Shown here in pieces: positions 12,101 to 22,563 of a stretch of 64,000 bases of DNA; positions within the stretch are counted from its first letter, which is position 1; every line of letters begins with the position of its first letter. Source of the DNA: Trueperaceae bacterium (GTDB lineage: Bacteria; Deinococcota; Deinococci; Deinococcales; Trueperaceae); the NCBI GenBank assembly GCA_034521815.1, contig JAXHLW010000001.1:128001-192000 (forward strand). The letters are read 5' to 3'. Position numbers and translations under genes: made by a program. Under the pieces are notes generated by a model. The model saw nothing but the letters and a program-made list of their open reading frames with translations. It searched no databases and was not told the DNA's origin.

Positions 12101-12806
12101 CGCCTTCGTGCAGCCCGTCCAGCCCGGCGGGGTACGTCCTGGCGCGCGCCTCGACGGACGCGAGCGCCCGCCGGGTCGCGAGCACGTCCAGCGCGGAGCG
12201 CAGCAGGGGAGCCGAGGCCGCCTGCGCTTGCGCACGCCCACGGCGCTCCTCCCAGTGAACGAGCTCCTGCTCGTCGGCCGCGAGAGCGTCCCGCTGCCTG
12301 CGCACCTTGCCCAGCGCTTCGCGGGCGCGCTCCAGCTCGCTTCGCAGCGGGGAGCCGTAGCGCGGACCCAGGCCGGCCAGCTCGCTCCGGGCGCGAGGAA
12401 GATCGACGCCGCCGGCCAGCTCGCTGGCCAGCCGGTCGGCGATCCTCAGGTCGGCACGTCCGAACCGGTGCAGGTCCTCGAGGTTCAAGAACAGCCCGTC
12501 CAGCAGGTGGCCGGCAGGCAGGGGCGGGGGATCTGCCGGCTCGCCGTCCCGCTCCCAGCGCACGGCGTCCCCGACCCGGGTCGCTCGCCATACCTGGCCG
12601 TCCCGGTCGTCGAAACGAGCCTCGACGTGCGCCCCTGCGCCACGCGAGGCCTCCGGGTCGACCAGGGTGCGGACGGCGTGGACCAGACGGCTCTTGCCCG
12701 ACGCGTTCGGTCCGACCACGAGGTTCGTCCCTGGCGCGAATCCACGCACCACGAACGGCTCGTCGACGCCCGGAAGCGCGTGGACGCGCAGCTCGACCAG
12801 CCTCAT
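9186..12806 (-). CDS. Rad50/SbcC-like SMC-type ATPase (YhaN-type) with long C-terminal extension
   Basis: Walker A GPNASGKS, coiled coils, central hydrophobic hairpin, signature LSSGTKAQLLLALRLA, Walker B LPLVLDEAL; overlaps the upstream metallophosphoesterase gene. Confidence 0.85.
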   Translation of the reverse strand: MRLVELRVHALPGVDEPFVVRGFAPGTNLVVGPNASGKSRLVHAVRTLVDPEASRGAGAHVEARFDDRDGQVWRATRVGDAVRWERDGEPADPPPLPAGHLLDGLFLNLEDLHRFGRADLRIADRLASELAGGVDLPRARSELAGLGPRYGSPLRSELERAREALGKVRRQRDALAADEQELVHWEERRGRAQAQAASAPLLRSALDVLATRRALASVEARARTYPAGLDGLHEGVVQDADALADAVDRAVSEVGRQEAELDAADAQKAATGLEDGRPDAAQVASWQAAAEALADAERTVRDAERHAAERAGRVAALQEASGPDPLGAVVGPTPLELDELDAIADEAQRARSEARVARLALREIPPSPEPSVDPDRAHRAVDLLSDWLATPDARGRWRRRARSVAYLAAVVGAAGAAWLSLDALDLSSRAARLLILAGASAAVGVVLDAGAAAERHRARRARREARTSFADAVAEPPTVWTRAAVRARLAQAASDAAEARHAREAEAIRSARRVQLHAELEEAEIRSDRLERQLADRAARAGLHAGEAGRSALERARRAAELREAGQSLRGARQAEAAAIAHLQQARSRLDTELRAAGLAEILRAHGDEPTPATVPASATVRARLAQLAERVRRRDQAAARREAADRARARAHEELDRVRARRDELLAAMSDRPLDQVQHDPADAMRELRRRADRLPDWRRLRDERIRLEGVLDHHLAIVDADAGVRAQVEAGDETALRHALDEALAAADRADEATGAIAAIDERLARARRERDLTAARQVERQAHDALEHAYEQVLDGEAAAAVLDHLEHAFRSERRPAALQRAETWFARFTHHAFALAFDTTADGAERVHAVDRTDGRTDGRKRALDELSSGTKAQLLLALRLAHALEAEQGGPSLPLVLDEALTTSDVGRFAAVAEALTTLTRDEGRQVLYLSARRDDAVLWRELADRSEGRIEAPTVLDLAEIRGRQETTPTLGARPPAWREPPAPNGLDAVGYASVLGVPPVDPWRPERIHPLHLLHDRLDLVHALVRLRIVTIGALSSLLADGPQAERLLGTADLELLGARVTATRAWSRRWRIGRGRAVDRAALAASDAVSAAFLDRVAEIADASSGDAEALLAALARGEVKRFRDDAREALAAWLREHGYLDPRPASTPAERVLAVEHALHEASREGRRDDRAAHSGASATTLAAWLESGWLASDWLA

Positions 12807-14139
12807 GAGGTCTCCGACGATCGCTGAGCCAGCAGGTGGTCCAGCACCCGTGCCGCGGCCGCCTCGAGCCGCCCCACGATCTCGTCGTCGCTGGGCGCGG
12901 ACGCGTCGAGCGGGGCGAACGCGGCACGGTCGCGCACCTGGGTCAGGCGCGGCCGTGCGTCGTTCACGAGCGCCGACATCGCTGGCGAGGGTCCTCCCCG
13001 GAGGATCTGGAGCGTCCTGGCGGCGATCCCGATCGGGTCGCTCCCTTGGGCCAGACGGGCCAGGTCGACCGCCGGTCGAAGGCGGACGTCGACGTCGTGA
13101 ACGATGGCGTGCACGCCGCGGTGTTCGACGCGCAGCTCACGGGGATCCTGGCGCGCGAGATGCGAGCGCAACGCGTCCGGGTGCTCGACGCGGCCCGTGA
13201 GACGCAGCCGGACGGCGACCAGGCGCAGGACGGACGCCCTCCTCTGCGCGCTCCCGCCCGCATCCCCGCCCGCGCCCCGGGCGCGTCGCCTGGCGCATCG
13301 ACGAGGTCGGCCAGCCGGTCGCGCACCGCCCGGATCAGCCGGGGCGCGACCGTTTCGGGCGTCGCTCCAGCGAGGTCCACCTCCACCGTCTCGTACCGCA
13401 ACGGCGAGAGCGCACGGTGCTCGAAACGCAGCTCGCCGGCGTCCGTCGTCACGACCCAGGCGCCCCGGCGTCCCGCCTCGCCCGGATCGCAGGCCGAGAG
13501 CGAGCCCAGGTACCCCATGCGCGCTCCCTCGTCGAACCGTCCGGGCACGTGGACGTGGCCCAGCAGCCAGGCCGAGACGGGGATCGCCGACAGCTCGGAG
13601 CCGCGGACCGGCGCGTAGGGGCTGGCCGTCTGACCTACATCGGCGTGCAGCAGACCCAGGGTGGTGCTGGGCCCCGGCGCTCGCACGATCGCCGCGAGGC
13701 GGTCGTCCAGCGGCGACGCGTCGACCTGCTCGCTGGGAAACGACCAGCCCACGACGCGGACCGCGTTCGGGCCGCCTCCCACCGTCGTGGCCTCCCAGCG
13801 GCCGCCGTCGCCCAGGAGCCGCACGCCGGGGATCGTCTCGGCCAGCCGCGGCAGGACGCGCACGTCGTGGTTCCCGGCGACGGCGAGGACCGGGATTCCC
13901 GCTCCGACGAGCCGCCGGACGCCCTCCTCCAGGTCGGCGTACGCCTCGTACAGGTCGCGCGGATCGTCGACGACGTCGCCCGCGAGCAGCAACGCGTCGG
14001 CACCCTCGTGCACGCAAGCGTCCACGAGGGTGCGCCACGCCGCGGCGGGACCGAGCTCCGTGGGGTCGACGGCGAGGTCGGACGGGAGCCGGGAGGGAAC
14101 GCGTCCCAGGTGCAGGTCGGCGGCGCAGAACAGCTTCAT
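12803..14139 (-). CDS. Mre11/SbcD-like metallophosphoesterase nuclease (YhaO-type); frameshift near 13275
   Basis: ADLHLG, AGDVVD, AGNHD, LLHAD, LGHVH. The C-terminal domain continues in the frame of ORF 12803..14038 if one base is added to the C4 run at 13275-13278. Confidence 0.85.
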
Positions 14140-14190
14140 CGACGCCCCGAGGCTACCGCGTGCGCGACGCGTCGGAAGCAGCGCCCCTCG

Positions 14191-14224
14191 CGCCACCGGG
14201 ATCCTGGCGCCACCGGGATCCTGG
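14191..14224. repeat. Perfect 17-bp tandem duplication
   Basis: CGCCACCGGGATCCTGG x2, intergenic. Confidence 0.95.
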
Positions 14225-15349
14225 TCAGTCGACGCGGCCCCGGGTCGCGACCGGCAGGACCCGGGTCACCTCTCCGTCGCGGACCACGATCAGCCGATCG
14301 AAGAGGTTCACGACCGGGCAGACGTGGTTCGGAACGATGCGAACGCGCTGGCCCACGACCAGGTCCTCGGCATCGTCGCCCACGACGACGCCGTGCTCCT
14401 CCGACAGCCGCGCTATGACGCCGCCGGTCTCGAGCAGGACGCCGTGGCCGCGGGTGGCGCACACCCCCTCGGCCCGCGTGTCGGTGGTGAGGCTCTTGCT
14501 ACCGGCGTCCAGGATCGCGCGGGATCCGATGCGGGAGACCACGGTGGCCAGCACCTGGGCGGCGCAGTGGTGGAGTCCGCCCGCCAGGGCGGCCTGCGCG
14601 GCGTCGAAGAAGATCGAGGTGCCGGGCCGGATCTCGGTGATTCCGGGCGCCAGCGGGACGTCGGCCGCGAGGCTGGGCGTGGATCCCATCGACACGACCG
14701 GAGGCGCGTCGATGTCGGCGGCGAGCTTCTCGGCGAGGGCCGTCATCGTCGCCTGCGCCTCCCGGTGCCGTTCGGTCAGGGCGGTCACGTCGGCCGCGTC
14801 GTAGGTGTAGCCCTCGTAGGTGTAGAGACCCTCGAGGCGAAGCCCGGGAAGCTCTCGCCCCAAGGCCACGAGGGCGGGCACCGCTTCGGGCGGCTGACCG
14901 CCACGTCCGGCGCCGGTGTCGACCTCGACGCGGACGCGAAGCTCGACCCCTTCGTCGGTGGCGGCGGCGGACAGGGCGCGAAGCTGGTCGGGATGATCGG
15001 CGCCGATCGCGAACCGGACGCGGGCCGCGAGCCTCGCCGCGCGGCGAGCGTTCTCGGCTCCGAACGTCGTGTTCGCCATGACCAGGTCGTCGATGCCGGC
15101 GGCGGCGAACGTCTCGGCCTCGCCCAGCTTGGCGACGCAGATGCCGACCGCGCCCCGGGCGATCTGCTCGCGGGCCAGCGCGGGGCTCTTGTGGGTCTTC
15201 GCGTGGGGCCGGAGGGCGACGTCGTTGGCGTCGGCGTACGCCTGAGCGCGATCCAGGTTGGCGTCGAGCCGGCCCTCGTCGACGATCGCCGCGGGGGTCG
15301 GGATCGCGCTCAGAGGCGTGCCGGCGGCGATTCGAGACGGGGTGGACAT
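14225..15349 (-). CDS. Fold-type III PLP enzyme, D-threonine aldolase/D-serine dehydratase (DSD1) family
   Basis: RPHAKTHK PLP-lysine motif, SMGSTPS, EIRPGT, LDAGSKSLT, LSEEHG, PNHVCPVVN. Confidence 0.88.
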   Translation of the reverse strand: MSTPSRIAAGTPLSAIPTPAAIVDEGRLDANLDRAQAYADANDVALRPHAKTHKSPALAREQIARGAVGICVAKLGEAETFAAAGIDDLVMANTTFGAENARRAARLAARVRFAIGADHPDQLRALSAAATDEGVELRVRVEVDTGAGRGGQPPEAVPALVALGRELPGLRLEGLYTYEGYTYDAADVTALTERHREAQATMTALAEKLAADIDAPPVVSMGSTPSLAADVPLAPGITEIRPGTSIFFDAAQAALAGGLHHCAAQVLATVVSRIGSRAILDAGSKSLTTDTRAEGVCATRGHGVLLETGGVIARLSEEHGVVVGDDAEDLVVGQRVRIVPNHVCPVVNLFDRLIVVRDGEVTRVLPVATRGRVD

Positions 15350-15464
15350 GAAGCGAATCTACCAGCGCTCCTGCCGGTCCGGCGAGACCCTCGGCGGACG
15401 GACGCAATCGGTAGGCTGGTGCCGTGTCTTGCCGCGATCGGTCGCGACCCTTTGGAGGATCCAC

Positions 15465-18199
15465 GTGAGCTCGCCCCGCATCGTGCGGGTCGGTCCGCGC
15501 GTTCCTCGCCGCGACGACGTGCCGGGCGGCGCCGTCGTCCTGACCCCGTCGCGGCGAGCCGCGGCCGCCCTGGGGACGCCGTACGCCTCGCTGCACGGAG
15601 CGGCGACCGAGGACCTGAACCGGGCAGGCTGGAGCGTGGCCGCGCCGCTGCGCTGCTGGCGGGCGCTGGGCACAGCGGTGCGCGAGGTGGTCGGCGACGA
15701 CGACGCGGTCGCTTGGCGGCGGGCCCTGGCCGCTCCGGTGCGCGAGCTGCTCCGTCTGGGGGCCGTCCACGACGACCCGGACGGAACTGCGCCGCCCGGC
15801 CTGTCGCTGGCGTCGCGTCGGGCGTGGCGGGTCGCCGCCGGCTATCACGCGCTGCTGGCGAGCGAGGCGCAGGTGGACCCTGTCGCCGTGCTGGACTGGG
15901 CGTCACGGACGGCGCGCGCTCCACGCCGGACGCCCTGGGCGGTGATGGGCTTCGCCGACCTGGAGCCGGCGGCGTGCCGCTACCTGGACGCGGTGGCGGC
16001 GCCGGGCACGCTGGTGACGCTTCCGCCCGACGCGACCTTCGCCGCGAGCCGGCTCACGGCGCTGGGCTGGACGGCACGCAGGGACGAGCGGCCCCCGGAG
16101 AGCAGCGGCGAGCGTTGGGCGGCGCGCTTTCTGGGCACCCTGGCGCCGGAAGCGACGGGTGGCGCGGAGGGGGAGGCGAGCTCGCCCCGTGACGAGGAAG
16201 GGGAGGACGCCCCGGCCGCGTTCGCCTTCGCGTCGGCCGACGACGAGGCCCGCTGGGTGCTGGCCCGCGTGCAGCGTCTGCTGGCGCAGGGAACGCCGCC
16301 GGCCGAGCTGCTGATCGTGGTGGCCGATCCCCCCGGCGCGGCCGCGCGCCTGGACGCCGTCGCCTGGGAGCTGGGCGTCCCGCTGCGCATCGACCGGCCC
16401 GTCCCGCTCTCGGCGACGGCGGTCGGCGGCGTGGTGGCCCTGATGGGCGAGGTCGTCGCGCGCAGCGCACCGTACGAGGCGACGGCGCGGCTGCTGCGCC
16501 ACCGCCTGGTCGGCGGCCTGGACGACGAGGCGTGGACGCGGGCGCGAGCGGTCCGGCCCGCCGGAACGGCCGCCTGGTCGAGAATCGATCCCCGAACCGC
16601 CGAGCTGGCCTGGCCCGAGCGCGCTACGCGCGCCGAGCTGGGCGAGCGCTTCCAGCGGACGCTGAGCGTCCTGGGCCTGCCGCGTGAAGGTCTGGCGCCG
16701 CCCGCCGCGGCGACCGTCGGTCTGGTGCTGCGAGGCGTCCAGGAGGCGTGCAGCCCGGCCGCCGAGGTCGTGACCCGGCGGGCGTTCCTGGATGACGTGA
16801 ACGATCTGCTGACGCTGCTGACCGTGCGTCCTCCACCGGCCGTGCCCGCGCCGCGCGGGCGCGCCGTCGAGGTGGTGGCCCCGCGAGCGGCGGCCGGCGC
16901 CCGCGTCCGTCACCTCTTCGTGCTGGGCCTGAACGAGGGGGCTCTTCCTGCCGACCTGCGCGACGACGCGGTGCTGGACTTCGTGGACCGGGGTCGGGCG
17001 CGCCAGGCGGGGCTCGACCTCCCGGACGCGGCGCAGCGGGCGCAGGCCGAGGTGGGCGCGTTCGCGGCGACGCTGCGGACGGCGGAGGGCGAGGCGGTTC
17101 TCGGCGTTCCGGGCCGTGGCGGGGGAGCGACGCTGCTGCCCAGCCCGTTCCTGGCTCGCCTCGGCGTTCGTCCGTCGCGTCCACCGGATCGCGCGCCCGC
17201 CAGTCTGGAGGAGGCTCGCCGCAGCTGGCTGCAGAGCGCCGAACCGCCGGCCGGAGACGAGGAGGTGTGGGCCCACGCCCGGCGATCGTGGTCGGTCGAG
17301 CTGACGCGCGAAGGCGCCGGCGCTCCGGGTGTGCACGACGGGGTGACGGGGCGACCTTCGGACGCTTCCGAGCACACCTTCAGCGCCACCAGTCTGGTGG
17401 ACCTGGGGCAGTGCCCGTTCCGTTGGTTCGGCCGCTACCGCCTCCATCTTCGCGACGTCGAGGAGGCGGACGAGCTGGTGACCCCGATGCTTCGTGGGCG
17501 GCTTTGGCACGCCGCGCTGGAGCGGGCGGTCGCGCGTGCCGGCGCCGGGGAGGGCAGGGCGTCACGCGACGCCGTGCTGGCCGTTCTGGACGACGCGTTC
17601 GCCGAGGCCGAGAGGCTGGTGGGGGTGCCGGACCCGGACGGTCCGGCCTGGGGTCGCGTCCGCGGCGGCGAGCTGCGGGCGCTGCAGCGACTGGTGAGAT
17701 CCGACGCGTTCGTGACGGCGGGGCTGGTGCCGGTCGAGGTCGAGCGGCCGTTCACCGCGACGTGGCGCGGCCTGCCCGTCCGCGGCGTCGTCGACCGCGT
17801 CGACGAAGGACCCGGCGGCGTCGAGCTGATCGACTACAAGTCCGGCACCAGCGCGCCGAAGGGCGCGCAACGCGCCTCCGGGCGGGGCTGGATCGACGTT
17901 CAGCTGCCGCTGTACCTCGAGGCCGCCGCTCCCCAGCTCGGACGGGAGGGGGCGCCCGCGACCGCCCGCTACCTGTCGGTCCGGGCCGCTGCCACGCTCA
18001 AGTCGGTGACGCCGGGGAGAACGACGCCGACCTGGACGAGCTGGCCTCGCGGGTGCGCCACCACCTGGCGGAGGGCGACTACCGCCTGGCGCCGGATGCG
18101 CGCCGCGAGGTGTGCAGGACGTGCGAGCTGGGGCTCGTCTGCCGCGTGGGGCCGCGTATCGAGCGCAAGCGGGACGCCGCCGCCGCGGAGGCGCCGTGA
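15465..18199 (+). CDS. AddB-like protein: inactive helicase scaffold plus PD-(D/E)xK nuclease with 4-Cys cluster; frameshift near 18014
   Basis: GGAGG RBS and GTG 15465. FVLGLNEGALP, SATSLVDLGQCPFRWF, RGVVDRVD, LIDYKSG, QLPLY. Adding one G to the G4 run at 18014-18017 gives ...CRTCELGLVCR, ending in a GTGA overlap with the next gene. Confidence 0.82.
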
Positions 18200-21141
18200 G
18201 CCTCACCGACCGTCAGCGACGCGCGGTCGATGCGCTCTCGGGGGTCGCGATCGTGGCCGGTGCGGGGACGGGCAAGACGCACACCGTGGGCCACCGCTAC
18301 CTGGCGCATCTCGAGGCGGGCCTCTCGCCGCTGTCCATCGTGGCGGTCACCTTCACCGAGCGCGCCGCGCACGAGCTCCGCGCCCGGGTCCGCGCCTACG
18401 CCGGGGAGCGGCTGGACCGCCACGATCCGAGGCTGGCCGAGCTCGAGGCGGCCACGATCGGCACCGTCCACGCGCTCTGCCTGCGCATCTGCCGCGATCA
18501 CCCCGAGGCGGCCGGCGTGCCGCCCGACGTCCGCATCCTGGACCCGCTCGAGGGGACCGTGTGGACGGCGGAGCGGCTCGAGAGCGCCCTCCAGCGGCTG
18601 CCTCCGGAGCTGTTCGACGCTTTGCCGTACGAGCGGGTCCGGGAGCTGCTCGCGGCGTTGCTGGACGACCCCTGGCAGGCCGAGCGCGCGCTGGGGCACG
18701 GTCCCGAGAGCTGGCCGGCCCGGGTCGAGGAGGCCCGCCGCGAGGCGTTCGCGGCGTGGCTGGCGTCGCCGGCCGCCGTCGCGGCCCGGACCACGTTGGC
18801 CGGGCTGTCCGGTCCGCCCGCCGACGCAGGCGACGCTGGCGAGGCGGCGCGAGCGGCGGTGCTCGCGGCGTTCGACGCGGCCGAGGCGGGGGACGAGGAC
18901 CGCGTCAGCGAGCTGCTGCACGGCCGGCGGCCCAACGTCGGTGCGCGCAAGGCGTGGGGCGGCGATCAGGACACGCTCAGGGGGGCGCTCGGCGTCGCGC
19001 TCGGCGCGCTGCGCGGCTGGCGCCACGATCCGCTGGCCACCCTGCGGCTGGGCCCCGCCGACGAGACGCTCGCGGCCTTGCTGCCGGAGATCCGCGCAGG
19101 CTTCGCGGCGGCCCGCGCCGAGCTGGACGCCGCCAAGCGGCGCCAGGCGGTTCTCGATTTCGCGGACGTCGAGGTGGGCGCGCTCCGTGCCCTGCAGCGG
19201 CCCGAGGTGGTGTCGCACTATCGCGAGCGCTGGTCGGTGCTGCTGGTGGACGAGGTGCAGGACACGAGCCCCGTCCAAGAAGCGATTCTCTCGGTATTGT
19301 CCGGCTTCTGTACGACGACGCTGGTCGGCGACGCCAAGCAGGCGATCTACGGCTTCCGGGGCGCCGACGCCGCCGTGTTCCGTCGCATGACCGACCGGGT
19401 GGTCGCCGGAGGCGGAGAAGCCGTGGTACTGGACCGCAGCTTCCGGACGCATCAGCCGCTGGTCGACGCCGGGAACCGGACGTTCGAGGTGATGTTGGGC
19501 CCCGATCACGAGCCGCTCGGGTCCGCCATCGCCCAGGCGCCGCAGGCGGAGCCGTCGCTGCGCCGCTGGACGCTGGAGGCGCCGAAGGGGACGCCGACCG
19601 GCGTCCTCCGCCTGGCCGAGGCGCACCGCATCGCCGACGAGATCCTGGACCGGCTCGCGGCCGCCACGCCGGTCCGCGACGACGGCGCCGAGGGCGGAAC
19701 GCGCCCGCTCAGGCCGGGAGACGTCGCGGTTCTGGCGCGTACCTGGGCGCCACTGGACCTGCTGGCCGAGATCCTTCCTGCCCGGGGCGTGCCGGCCGTC
19801 CACACGGGGGGCGGCGATCTTCTGGCCACCCGCGAAGCCCAGGACGGCATGGCCGCGCTCAGGTTCTTGGCCGATCCGAACGACGACGTGGCGTTGGTGG
19901 CGCTGCTTCGGGGTCCGTGCTTCTCGGCGTCGGACGCCGATCTGGAGGCGTTCGCGCAGTCGTCGCTGGTCGTCCCGGACGGGGGCGACCGCCGGCCGCC
20001 GTGGTGGTCCGCTCTGTCGGAGCTCCGGCCGCGCTGGGCGGTGCCGGCGGTCGACGTGCTGGACGAGCTGCGTCGTGCGGCAGCGTACGAGCCGCCGGGC
20101 CGTCTGCTGCAGCTTCTCGACCGCGCGACCGGCTGGAGCGCCGTGGTCGCGAACCTGCCCGGCGGTCCGCGCAGGCTCGCCGATCTGGACGGCTTCGCGG
20201 ACCGGGTGCGTGAGCTCGAGCGTGCGGGCCGCGACGTGTTCGGCGTCGTCCGCCGGCTTCGGCGCCTGCTTCGCGCCGGCGTGGAGGTCGAGCGACCGGC
20301 GCTGGAGGCCGAGGACGCCGTGACCCTGACGACGATCCACCGAAGCAAGGGGCTCGAGTGGCCGTTCGTGATCGTTGCGGCGCTGGACGCGCGCGGGCGG
20401 CCCGGCGGAGAGCGGGTCCGCATCGATCCGGAGGTGGGCGTCGGCGTGCGCGTCGAGGGCGAGGACGACCGGAACGCCCGGCCGGCGATCTGGACGCTTC
20501 TGGACGCGCGCGCCCAGGCGGCTGCCGCTGCGGAGGATCGACGCCTTCTCTACGTGGCCCTGACGCGGGCCGCGGATCAGGTCGCCGTCTCGGACGCCGG
20601 GGGCGGAGGGCCGTTCGTTCAGATCGTCGCGCCGGCGCTCGAGGCGGCCGGCGTGGCGACGGAGCTCGTCGAGGTCGATCCGGCCGAGGTCGGCTGGCCA
20701 AGCCCGCCGCTTCCGCGTCCGGGCGGGCTCGCGTCGTCCGCGGCGGATGGCCCGGGCCCCGCTTCGGTGGCCACGCCTGGCGAGGTCGCGTCCGTCGACG
20801 TCGCGTCCGTCGACGTCGCCGAGGAGCTCGCCTGGGAGGCGGCGCTATGGCGGGTCGAGGCGATCGCGCCCGAAGCCGCAGACCTGCTGCGCCGTGTGCG
20901 TGACGCCGGGGTCCGTGCTCCGGCTCCCGTCGCGACGGTCGACGATGCGACGTGGCTGGCGCGCTGGGTGCACGGCCCGACCGAGATCCGGCTGCTGGAG
21001 CCGGGGGTGCGGGACGGTCCGGGCGGGGACGGTCCTAGCGGCGGTTCGGACGGCGCCAGGTCGACCGTCGACGTCTCGCCGTCCGATCCCGAGGCGGCCT
21101 ACCGGCGACTGCTCGGGCTGCTTCGGGCCCCCGCGGGCTAG
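18196..21141 (+). CDS. AddA/UvrD-like SF1 helicase
   Basis: AGAGTGKT, TFTERAAHEL, GTVHAL, VDEVQDT, VGDAKQAIYGFRGAD, SFRTH, TIHRSKGLEW, RLLYVALTRA. Confidence 0.9.
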   Translation: MSLTDRQRRAVDALSGVAIVAGAGTGKTHTVGHRYLAHLEAGLSPLSIVAVTFTERAAHELRARVRAYAGERLDRHDPRLAELEAATIGTVHALCLRICRDHPEAAGVPPDVRILDPLEGTVWTAERLESALQRLPPELFDALPYERVRELLAALLDDPWQAERALGHGPESWPARVEEARREAFAAWLASPAAVAARTTLAGLSGPPADAGDAGEAARAAVLAAFDAAEAGDEDRVSELLHGRRPNVGARKAWGGDQDTLRGALGVALGALRGWRHDPLATLRLGPADETLAALLPEIRAGFAAARAELDAAKRRQAVLDFADVEVGALRALQRPEVVSHYRERWSVLLVDEVQDTSPVQEAILSVLSGFCTTTLVGDAKQAIYGFRGADAAVFRRMTDRVVAGGGEAVVLDRSFRTHQPLVDAGNRTFEVMLGPDHEPLGSAIAQAPQAEPSLRRWTLEAPKGTPTGVLRLAEAHRIADEILDRLAAATPVRDDGAEGGTRPLRPGDVAVLARTWAPLDLLAEILPARGVPAVHTGGGDLLATREAQDGMAALRFLADPNDDVALVALLRGPCFSASDADLEAFAQSSLVVPDGGDRRPPWWSALSELRPRWAVPAVDVLDELRRAAAYEPPGRLLQLLDRATGWSAVVANLPGGPRRLADLDGFADRVRELERAGRDVFGVVRRLRRLLRAGVEVERPALEAEDAVTLTTIHRSKGLEWPFVIVAALDARGRPGGERVRIDPEVGVGVRVEGEDDRNARPAIWTLLDARAQAAAAAEDRRLLYVALTRAADQVAVSDAGGGGPFVQIVAPALEAAGVATELVEVDPAEVGWPSPPLPRPGGLASSAADGPGPASVATPGEVASVDVASVDVAEELAWEAALWRVEAIAPEAADLLRRVRDAGVRAPAPVATVDDATWLARWVHGPTEIRLLEPGVRDGPGGDGPSGGSDGARSTVDVSPSDPEAAYRRLLGLLRAPAG

Positions 21142-21173
21142 GCTGGCGCCATGAGACACGTGGGCGGCGGGCG

Positions 21174-21935
21174 ATGAGCGCGACGGGCGACGAGTCGGAG
21201 CCGGACGTGCGTCAGCGACGGTCGTGGGAGGTCAACGCGGACGCCTGGACCGAGGCGATTCGTGGCGGCGCCGTGGCCAGCCGTGAGGCCGGCACGAACG
21301 CCGCGGTGCTGAACGCGGTCCGAGCCTGTGGGCCGGCGAGCGTCCTGGACGTCGGATGCGGCGAGGGCTGGCTGGCTCACGCCCTCGCCCGCAGGGGCGC
21401 CAGCGTGGTCGGCATCGACGGGTCCGAGGGATTGATCCGGGCCGCGTCCGACGGACCGGGCCGCTTCCTGGTCGCGGACTACCGGTCGCTGGCCGACGAC
21501 CCGACGATCGTGCCCGGACCGTTCGACGTGGTGGTCTGCAACTTTTCGCTGCTGGACGAGGACGTGGTGCCGCTGTTGCGGGCGTTGCGTCGCCGTCTCG
21601 CACCGACGCGTGGGCGGCTGGTCGTCCAGACGCTCCATCCGTGGGCCGCGAACGGCGACGCTCCCTACCTCGACGGTTGGCGTGTCGAGCGGTTCGACGC
21701 CTTCGGGAGCGCGTTCCCCGCCGCCATGCCGTGGTACTTCCGCACCTTGGGCTCGTGGTGGCGCACGCTCGGGGAGGCGGACCTCGAGGTGGTCCGGATC
21801 GAGGAGCCCGGCGTGCCTGGAGGCGACCCGTCCGGCCCAGGTGCGCCTCTGTCGCTTCTTATCGTTGCTCGGGGTCACCTAGGGGGTCGCCGTCCCAGAG
21901 GACGTGCAGCTAGCTTCAGCCAGCCTCTGGCGTGA
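21174..21935 (+). CDS. Class I SAM-dependent methyltransferase
   Basis: VLDVGCGEGW motif I, FDVVVCNFSL, QTLHP. Confidence 0.85.
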   Translation: MSATGDESEPDVRQRRSWEVNADAWTEAIRGGAVASREAGTNAAVLNAVRACGPASVLDVGCGEGWLAHALARRGASVVGIDGSEGLIRAASDGPGRFLVADYRSLADDPTIVPGPFDVVVCNFSLLDEDVVPLLRALRRRLAPTRGRLVVQTLHPWAANGDAPYLDGWRVERFDAFGSAFPAAMPWYFRTLGSWWRTLGEADLEVVRIEEPGVPGGDPSGPGAPLSLLIVARGHLGGRRPRGRAASFSQPLA

Positions 21936-22542
21936 CTTCGCTTCCCCAGAGCGCCTCGGGCGGAAGGTCCGCCTTGGAGGTCCGCCAGTACGCGCCTCCG
22001 CCACCTTCGCGCGCCATGAGCCCCTCGTCGACCAAGCCTCGCCGCAGACGTGCGGTGTCCTCGTGGAGCGCCGCGAGCGTCTCGTTCACCGCCTGCTCCG
22101 AGTAGCGCCGGTCGGGCTCGAAGCGCTCGACCGCCCAGCGGAGAAGCACGAGCTGCTTCTTGCGCTGCGACGGAAACGCTTCGATCCGACCGTCGGTCAC
22201 GAAGGTCGCGAGGACCTTGCGCTCGTACGCGTCGGCGCCGGTTCCGGCGCTGAGGCGTGGAAGGGTCTCGTGGGTCAGCAGCTCACGAGCCGTGGCCTGA
22301 AGGTGGTCGAGGTTGAGCTCGTAGATACGCTGATGCGAGCGGCCGTGGGAGCGTACCAGCCCGGCACCCGACAGGACTCTCAGGTGATGGCTGACGGTGG
22401 GGCTCTCGAGCCCGAGGTGCGCAGCGAGGTCCTCGACCGCCCGTCCCCCGTCGGCGAGCAGCCCGACGATCTTCAGGCGGCTCTCGTCGGCCAGAGCCTT
22501 GAAGAAACGGACGAGGATGGCCCGCTCATCGGGCTCGGTCAT
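21916..22542 (-). CDS. ArsR/SmtB-family regulator with C-terminal DUF2087-like domain
   Basis: FKALADESRLKIVGLL...PTVSHHLRVL; C-terminal PSQRKK...YSEQAVN...DTARLRRGLVDEG. Confidence 0.88.
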   Translation of the reverse strand: MTEPDERAILVRFFKALADESRLKIVGLLADGGRAVEDLAAHLGLESPTVSHHLRVLSGAGLVRSHGRSHQRIYELNLDHLQATARELLTHETLPRLSAGTGADAYERKVLATFVTDGRIEAFPSQRKKQLVLLRWAVERFEPDRRYSEQAVNETLAALHEDTARLRRGLVDEGLMAREGGGGAYWRTSKADLPPEALWGSEVTPEAG

Positions 22543-22563
22543 GGCCCTCTCCGAGACGAGTGC

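Noticed and set aside
18020-20213. C-terminal half of the 1651-aa ORF 15258..20213
   Set aside because: Off-frame sequence after the indel at ~18014, overlapping the real helicase gene.
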